From NCBI GenBank assembly GCA_963842525.1, contig CAWJGT010000001.1:640001-704000 (forward strand): a DNA stretch of 64,000 bases. The letters are read 5' to 3'. A model generated the notes under the pieces. That model had not been told where the DNA came from and did no database searches. It saw only the letters and a program-made list of their open reading frames with translations. Shown here piece by piece: positions 58,444 to 64,000 of the stretch (position 1 is its first letter; the number at the start of each line of letters is the position of its first letter). This DNA comes from an uncultured Holophagales bacterium. GTDB taxonomy: Bacteria; Acidobacteriota; Thermoanaerobaculia; Multivoradales; UBA5704. Both the position numbers and the translations under genes were made by a program.

Positions 58444-59097
58444 CTAGGGCGCGGCAGGCGCCCGCAGGCCCGCAGAGAGAAACGGAATCAAATAGCCGAG
58501 GGCCTCATCCGGGTCCGCCGCCTGGCAGAGCCCTCTGGAGTACTGCTCCAGCAGATTGCCGCAGCCGACCGTGTGAACCATGGCGCCGGCCACGAAGTGA
58601 AAGCGCCAGAGCACCTCGGGCTCGGACAGGTGCGGCAGGATGTGCTGGAGAGCGGCGGAGAAGCGGCGGATCATCTCGCCGAACTCCTCCATCACCACCG
58701 CCTGCACCTCCTCCGACGGCTCGGCGAAGGCGCGGCCCATCAACCGGGCGAAGCTGCACGTCCGGCCGTGTCCCTCGCGGGCCCTCCTGCGCAGCAAGGG
58801 CGCAAGAAAGGCGCTCAGAACCTGCTCCACGGCATCCTCCGCCTCCAGGCCGCAGGCGTCGAGCAAGCGCAGCCGCTCCTCGTTGAGGGGCTTGATCCGG
58901 CGCGAGAACACGGCGCGGACCAGCCCCTCTTTGGATCCGAAGTGATAGTGGACCGCCGCCAGGTTGGCGCCGGCCCGCTGGGTGATCATCCGCAACGAAG
59001 CCGCCTGGATGCCGTGCTCGGCGAACAGGCCCTCGGCCGCGTCGAGCAGACTCTCGCGGGTATCAACAGGCTCGGTTTGCGTCTCAGTGCTGATCAT
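58444..59097 (-). CDS. TetR-family regulator (PsrA-like)
   Basis: TRESLLDAAEGLFAEHG..NLAAVHYHFGSKEGL. Confidence 0.92.
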   Translation of the reverse strand: MISTETQTEPVDTRESLLDAAEGLFAEHGIQAASLRMITQRAGANLAAVHYHFGSKEGLVRAVFSRRIKPLNEERLRLLDACGLEAEDAVEQVLSAFLAPLLRRRAREGHGRTCSFARLMGRAFAEPSEEVQAVVMEEFGEMIRRFSAALQHILPHLSEPEVLWRFHFVAGAMVHTVGCGNLLEQYSRGLCQAADPDEALGYLIPFLSAGLRAPAAP

Positions 59098-59100
59098 TGG

Positions 59101-59159
59101 TTCAAACGTCCGTTTCAAACGAACGTTTGAACTATGGCGGGGATTCCCGCGGCTGTCAA
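59101..59159 (-). promoter_or_regulatory. Sigma70 promoter with overlapping TetR operator palindromes
   Basis: TTGACA-17-CATAGT on the minus strand; TTCAAACG-AA-CGTTTGAA at 59114-59131 plus a near copy at 59101-59118. Confidence 0.8.
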
Positions 59160-59335
59160 GCCCTCTCGTGGATCACCACCCGGACCGTCCCCAGCCCGAC
59201 GCGCCCATACTATCCGCATGAAGTGCAAAGAAGCCGCGGAATCCTCTTGACACTCGCTGGAGGGTAGTTCATCATCCTGACATAGTCGTTGGATGCTTCA
59301 CCCGGATCATTCGCTATTCGTTGAAGGAGAAGGAC

Positions 59336-59734
59336 ATGGCTGAACATACCTATGTAGGGAAGCTGGGCGTTCTGGCGCGATTCATCGCCGCGCTGGTCGC
59401 CAGCGCTGCCAACGTCCTCCACCTGGACGGTCTTCGCGTCCGGATCGAGACGATCCTGGCCGAAGCGCAGGGAGTCGCGCGGGAGCAGGCCGCCCTCGTC
59501 GCCAGCAAGCAGGAGGCGAGCTGGCGCATCCGGACGCTGCTCACCGAAGGCGAAAGGCTGGCGACCGCGGCAGGCAAGATCCTCCAGAAGGACTACGGCC
59601 TGCGGTCGGAGAAGCTGGCGAAATTCCACCTGCAACCGTTCCGTGCCCGCAACCGCCCCAGCAAATCCAGGACGGCGCTCCAACCCCCGCCCAGCCCCAC
59701 CACTCTCGCGGCACTCGCGGTCGCCCTGCTGTAG
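59336..59734 (+). CDS. Hypothetical helical protein next to a repeat array
   Basis: RBS AAGGA; amphipathic helices; YGLRSEKL..F.LQPFR; basic/Pro tail. Confidence 0.7.
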   Translation: MAEHTYVGKLGVLARFIAALVASAANVLHLDGLRVRIETILAEAQGVAREQAALVASKQEASWRIRTLLTEGERLATAAGKILQKDYGLRSEKLAKFHLQPFRARNRPSKSRTALQPPPSPTTLAALAVALL

Positions 59735-59788
59735 CGTCCACTCATCTCTCCCTTTTGTTCCGCTCCCTCTCCGAAGGCGCCCCTCGCT

Positions 59789-60283
59789 GTATAAGCGTAC
59801 CCACCGCAGAGATCGGTATCCACGCCAGCGTAAGCTTATCCACCGCAGATAAGCGTATCCGAGCCAGCGTAAGCTTATCTGGCGTAGATAACACTATCCG
59901 GCGCAGATAAGCTTATCCACGCCAGTGTAAGCTTATCCAGCGCAGATAAGCTTATCTGGCGCAGATAACGTTATCCAGCACGGATAAGCTTATCCGCCGC
60001 AGATAACACTATCCGCCGCGGATAAGCGTATCCAGGCCAGTGTAAGCTTATCTGGCGCGGATAACGCTTATCCGCCGCGGATAACGTTATCTGGCGTGGA
60101 TAAGCTTATCCGGCGTAGATAACACTATCCGCCGCGGATAAGCTTATCCAGGCCAGTGTAAGCTTATCTGGCATGGATAACAGTATCTGCCGCGGATAAC
60201 GTTATCTGCGCTGGATAAGCTTATCTGCCGCAGATACGCCTATCCAGGACGTCGTATGCTTATCTGGAGCGGATGGCGGTATC
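59789..60283. repeat. Tandem array of about 25 palindromic GATAAGCTTATC-like cores with 7-9 nt spacers
   Basis: 19-20 bp period; 11 exact AAGCTT; no ORF of 60 aa or more across most of it. Confidence 0.92.
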
Positions 60284-60478
60284 CCCAGCCGATATCTTCC
60301 AACGCATAAATACGCGCCCAAGGACGACGGCAGCTCTACTTCGCCAGTTACATGGAACCGCAAGTAGGATGTGTAGACCCGTATTCGCTGGGCTGGGAGG
60401 TCGGCGCGGGGTTCGGCGGCCTTTGCTTAGGCAACTTGCGAACTCTTGTTCTACAAGTGACGCGATCTGGCCGGGTCA

Positions 60479-61057
60479 TCAGCCGACATTGCCACAAGAA
60501 ACCCAAGGCCCATCATACCTTGAATAATGATACAGCGCGTACGCTGTTCTGCGCCAACTTCTTTGCTTGCACGTCTCTTCCGCAAAGCTCTGGGCCGCCC
60601 TTTGCTCCTGCCGAATCGCTTCTGCGATCACTCCAATGGCCCCGCCCTTCTCGACCTGTGCGAACCTTAGTTCCTTCCCCGAGTGCCTCAAAGTTCCCCA
60701 GAACTGGAGAGGTGGTTCACGTTGTATTTGGAACTCGAAAATTTCATCTGGCTTGGTGTCCTGGCGAGGTATCTCAATTAGGACTGTTGGTCGCGAAACG
60801 TCGATAAGTCTCCAGCTTCCCTTTAGGCCGTCGAACAAGACGACATTGTCATCGTAAAGGCTAAATGAAATCTGCCGTGGCTCACGGACTCCCGCATTGC
60901 TGTCTAGATTTATGGTCGCTTCCCAGCGGCCGACCAGGAACGGCTCCAAAATAGGACCAATGCTCTTGCTGGTACACAGAACAATTCCCAGAACGGCAAG
61001 GACGACGGCACCCGACTTGGTACCAGCCAGAGCTTTCTTTACAGCTTCGTGTATCAC
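60479..61057 (-). CDS. Hypothetical membrane-anchored protein, cassette-like paralog 2
   Basis: Lower GC; homologous to 61165..61827. Confidence 0.75.
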   Translation of the reverse strand: MIHEAVKKALAGTKSGAVVLAVLGIVLCTSKSIGPILEPFLVGRWEATINLDSNAGVREPRQISFSLYDDNVVLFDGLKGSWRLIDVSRPTVLIEIPRQDTKPDEIFEFQIQREPPLQFWGTLRHSGKELRFAQVEKGGAIGVIAEAIRQEQRAAQSFAEETCKQRSWRRTAYALYHYSRYDGPWVSCGNVG

Positions 61058-61095
61058 GGTAGTCCCCTTCCTCCCAAACAGGGTTTACTCTTGTC

Positions 61096-61170
61096 GCCGA
61101 ACGATATGTCGATGAGCGGCGGAACCGCACGATAGGGCGGTTTCCGTCCGCTCGATCGGCGGGGTTAGGC
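61096..61170 (-). mobile_element. Integron attC-like site
   Basis: GCCTAAC (contains upstream stop) ... GTTCGGC with imperfect inner palindrome bearing extrahelical bases. Confidence 0.75.
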
Positions 61171-61827
61171 GGCATCCCTCCGTTTCTTCGGGCGTTGGGC
61201 CAGCAATAGCGAGTCACCTTTGGCTTCACGCGCTTGGGTCTTGTCGCTTGACTCTCCACCGCAAGAAATCCAGCCTTCATTCGTAAAGGACCAATGCCAA
61301 GCAGCGTATACAGTTCTGCGCCAGCCTGTTTGTTGGCATATCTTAACTACAAATTCTTTGTTCTGCCTCTGTTCCTCGCGAATGGCTTCCGCGATTACCC
61401 CAACGGCTCCACCCCTCTCGACCAGTCTAAATTTCAGTACGTTCCCCGAGTGCTTCATGGTGCCCGATAACTGGAGAAGTTCCTTCCGATAGATTTGCAG
61501 CTCGTAAAAGTCGTGTGGCTGGGCCTTATCTTGGCGAGGTGTCTCAATCAAAACTACTGACCGTGAGACGTCGGCGAATTTCCAGCTTTCTTTTATACCT
61601 TCAAACAAGGCGACATTGTCGTCATAGAGACTGAGTGAGATGTACCTTGACTCACGGTGCCCGGCGTTGCTATCCAGAGTCATGGTTGCTTCCCAGCGGC
61701 CTACCAGGAACGGCTCCAACATGGGGCCGATGCTTTTGCTGCTGCATAGAAATACGCCCAGGACAGCAATAACTATTGCCCCGTCCTTAGAACCAGCCAG
61801 TGCTTTCTTTGCAGCCTCGTATATCAC
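61165..61827 (-). CDS. Hypothetical membrane-anchored protein, cassette-like paralog 1
   Basis: Shares SKSIGP.LEPFLVGRWEAT..LDSNAG and GGA.GVIAEAIR.EQR with the neighbour. Confidence 0.75.
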   Translation of the reverse strand: MIYEAAKKALAGSKDGAIVIAVLGVFLCSSKSIGPMLEPFLVGRWEATMTLDSNAGHRESRYISLSLYDDNVALFEGIKESWKFADVSRSVVLIETPRQDKAQPHDFYELQIYRKELLQLSGTMKHSGNVLKFRLVERGGAVGVIAEAIREEQRQNKEFVVKICQQTGWRRTVYAAWHWSFTNEGWISCGGESSDKTQAREAKGDSLLLAQRPKKRRDAA

Positions 61828-62083
61828 TTAGTTCCCCCTTCCTTCTGGGCAGGGTTTGTGCCTGCCGCCGAACCTTTTCCTCACAGATTCGCCGACACCC
61901 CGCCCACAGGCATATACGACACCACCTGCGGGTTGACTCTACGGCCATTCCACGGTGTCGAGCGTGCACGGTGCTCATCCTCTTCGACTTAGCGTACTCT
62001 AACTCTCTTCCGTACCTGCGTCAAGACCGCCGGGGAAAACCCGGCAAGAGGCTATTGCATGGCGTGCTGTACCCGGATCCTCA

Positions 62084-62464
62084 TCAGACCTTCTCCACTA
62101 TGACGTCGTATGCGTATTGAGCGAGGGCGCCGAGATCGCCAGGGTCCGAGGTGAGCACCGTTCCGCCTGATTCGGCCAAGGCGACTACGAGCGCATCGAC
62201 TGCGGAGCCTCGCCGTGCCAGCCTCCGCAACTGCGCAGCTCGCCGTGCCAGCGGCTCGCCGATCTCCTCCACGATGTCGCACGTCTTCAGAAAGCTGTTT
62301 GAGAGAGCGTCGCGGCCCGGATGCCCGTGCAAACACTCTACGAGCACGATGGAGGGAACAAGGGGCGGCCACAGATCCTCTTCGCGAAACGCCAAGATCA
62401 GCGCTGCCACCTGCCGAGACCGCTCGGCCAGCCGGCTCACTCCGCCCGAATCGAGGACCAGCAC
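62084..62464 (-). CDS. vapC: VapC-like PIN toxin
   Basis: VLDSG, VLVEC, SAVDALVV, LTSDPGDL. Confidence 0.85.
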   Translation of the reverse strand: MLVLDSGGVSRLAERSRQVAALILAFREEDLWPPLVPSIVLVECLHGHPGRDALSNSFLKTCDIVEEIGEPLARRAAQLRRLARRGSAVDALVVALAESGGTVLTSDPGDLGALAQYAYDVIVEKV

Positions 62465-62469
62465 GACGG

Positions 62470-62724
62470 TCAGCCCACCTGACGGGTGGGTCGTTGCCGT
62501 CGCGCAAGCCGCCGCGCGACGGTGACGGCGCGTGTGCGCTGAGCTGCGGCAGGTGGCCCCACCTCGGCGACCAGATCCGCAATGTAGCGGTCGGTTTCGG
62601 TGAGCAATTCCAGCCGACGAAGCTCCGCACGCACAGCTTTCTGAAGCAGCTCCGAGGCCGGTAGACCGCGGGCCTTCACCAGTTCGTACAAGTCGTCGGG
62701 GAGGTAAACTTGCATGCGGGCCAT
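62470..62724 (-). CDS. RHH antitoxin (CcdA/VapB-like)
   Basis: MARMQVYLPDDLY..SELLQKAVRAEL upstream of the PIN gene. Confidence 0.8.
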   Translation of the reverse strand: MARMQVYLPDDLYELVKARGLPASELLQKAVRAELRRLELLTETDRYIADLVAEVGPPAAAQRTRAVTVARRLARRQRPTRQVG

Positions 62725-62814
62725 ACGCCTAAGTATACACCCTCAACGCCTACATGCACGCCTGCGATTCGCGTGCGCCGCGATAGACTCCGGTACGACC
62801 GAATGGAGGAAGAA

Positions 62815-63114
62815 ATGGCCACAGAGATCGTGCATGTAATCGCCCTGTTCGTCGCCGCGCCGGGGAAGGAGGAGGAGCTCGAGCAGGTCCTCACGACGCT
62901 GGTGGAGCCGACCCGAAAGGAGGCGGGGTGCATCCGCTACGACCTGCTGCGCGGCTTCGGCAGCTCCGCCGCATTCGCCTTCATCGAGGAGTGGGAGAGC
63001 GCCGAGACGCTGGACGCCCACTCCAAGTCCGCCCACCTGAAGGAGGCGGGAACGAAGATCCCTGCCCTCGTCGGCGCCCCGGTGAGCGTCGAGCGCTACC
63101 GGCAGATCCGGTAG
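62815..63114 (+). CDS. Putative quinol monooxygenase (ABM domain)
   Basis: TRKEAGCIRYDL, FIEEWESAETLDAH. Confidence 0.88.
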   Translation: MATEIVHVIALFVAAPGKEEELEQVLTTLVEPTRKEAGCIRYDLLRGFGSSAAFAFIEEWESAETLDAHSKSAHLKEAGTKIPALVGAPVSVERYRQIR

Positions 63115-63293
63115 GGAGGGGCCTCGCCGGTCGGGTCAAGGGGAAAGTGCCTGCGCTCGTAGGCTTCTACCAGTGTAACCAGCACGTCGAGGCGCTCCCC
63201 CTCGGCAGAGCCGGGCTCGGCCGTCATGAGCGACTCGATCTCCTGGAGGGTCGCCCGATAGTCTTCGTCGGTCTTGATCGTCTTGATGTCCAT
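63096..63293 (-). pseudogene. Truncated HigA-type antitoxin lacking the HTH
   Basis: IKTIKTDEDYRATL..ERLDVLVTLVEAYERRHFP then ends. Confidence 0.7.
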
Positions 63294-63374
63294 TCTCTTC
63301 CTCAAAACCCTCGAGGTCGGGCCGGTCCCTTCGCTGCGAGGCCATTACGCCCTTGCCGCAGTCCCACTATCTCT

Positions 63375-63671
63375 CTATGCAGGTCCCGGCTTCAGCTCGC
63401 TGCGGATAAAGCCAAGACCTTTCTCGAAGCTGACGATGAGCTTGCAACCGAGACTGGCCAGCTCGTCGTACACGCTCGGATTCGCGAAGCCCTTTGAGTC
63501 GCGGTTGAGGAAGCACTTTGGCCCCACAGGTGCGTCTTCGAGGTGAGACATTACAGACGCATAGACCACCGCGTCGGAAGGAGAGAGCGACAAGCGAAGC
63601 TCTTCCTGGCGCGCACGGGCAGCAATGGCGGCGGTTTCCAGCAAGAAGTTCGTTTCGGCGTAGACGATCAC
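63375..63671 (-). pseudogene. PIN-domain protein with internal deletion
   Basis: IVYAETNFLLE joined directly to LSPSDAVVYAS..FLNRDSKGF. Confidence 0.6.
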
Positions 63672-64000
63672 GCAGCCATCTGCGCCTTGACCGTGCCGTT
63701 CCGGATGGAATCGAGAAGGCCCGAGTCCTCGAGCCACTTCGCGGCCCCTGGCTCAGGTTCGGCACCCGCAACCAATTCCGTCAACCAAGCGTAGACCAGC
63801 AGCTCGAAACCGTGCTCGCTCATCGTTTCGAGAAGGTTTGGGACCACACGAAGATAGGGCGCAAGAATGGCTGCCGTGTCACCCTCGAAATCGGGGGGTC
63901 TTTGCCCCTCAGGATCGGGTCTGCGCCATAGGTACAGGTGATCGCGCAGTGCGAGCAGGAAGTACTCGCTGCGCGGGATGGCCGCGTGGATGAAGAGGTT
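63668..64000 (-). CDS. Hypothetical protein, 3' part (runs off window), coupled to the PIN gene
   Basis: Open frame from the edge (..YFLLALRDHLYLW..WLEDSGLLDSIRNG..) with GTGA overlap. Confidence 0.55.
   Translation of the reverse strand, partial: NLFIHAAIPRSEYFLLALRDHLYLWRRPDPEGQRPPDFEGDTAAILAPYLRVVPNLLETMSEHGFELLVYAWLTELVAGAEPEPGAAKWLEDSGLLDSIRNGTVKAQMAA

Noticed and set aside
59789-60283. CRISPR array
   Set aside because: Cores are 12 bp, spacers are only 7-9 nt and recur, and no cas genes are present

Overview
High-GC bacterial chromosomal window, most plausibly Acidobacteriota (Thermoanaerobaculia-like). This is inferred from the Acidobacterial VWA gene, the TPR/CHAT proteins and the REP types. 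Many genes are split by single indels, probably long-read consensus errors. Housekeeping or transport genes (pfk, tandem gap genes, MalK-type ATPase, sigma54 activator, TrkA-N protein, TetR-TolC-MFP-RND efflux operon) are interleaved with accessory DNA: many decaying toxin-antitoxin modules, a deleted type I R-M locus, integron-cassette remnants, REPs, a MITE and an IS66. Main highlight: a two-gene operon encoding a ~1058-aa tandem-PRTase/histidine-kinase-like protein, restored in frame by removing an IS66 with an 8-bp TSD, plus a receiver domain fused to a CAP12/Pycsar-type TIR domain. This is a candidate undescribed two-component-like anti-phage system. Other candidates: a FadL-like OMP / TPR-TM-ATPase / ATPase-kinase trans-envelope module, a lipoprotein TPR-CHAT + Cys/Gly-tailed protein + trypsin operon, a GAPDH paralog lacking the catalytic Cys and coupled to gap, and a ~25-unit palindromic GATAAGCTTATC array. 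No rRNA, tRNA or CRISPR-cas was recognised.
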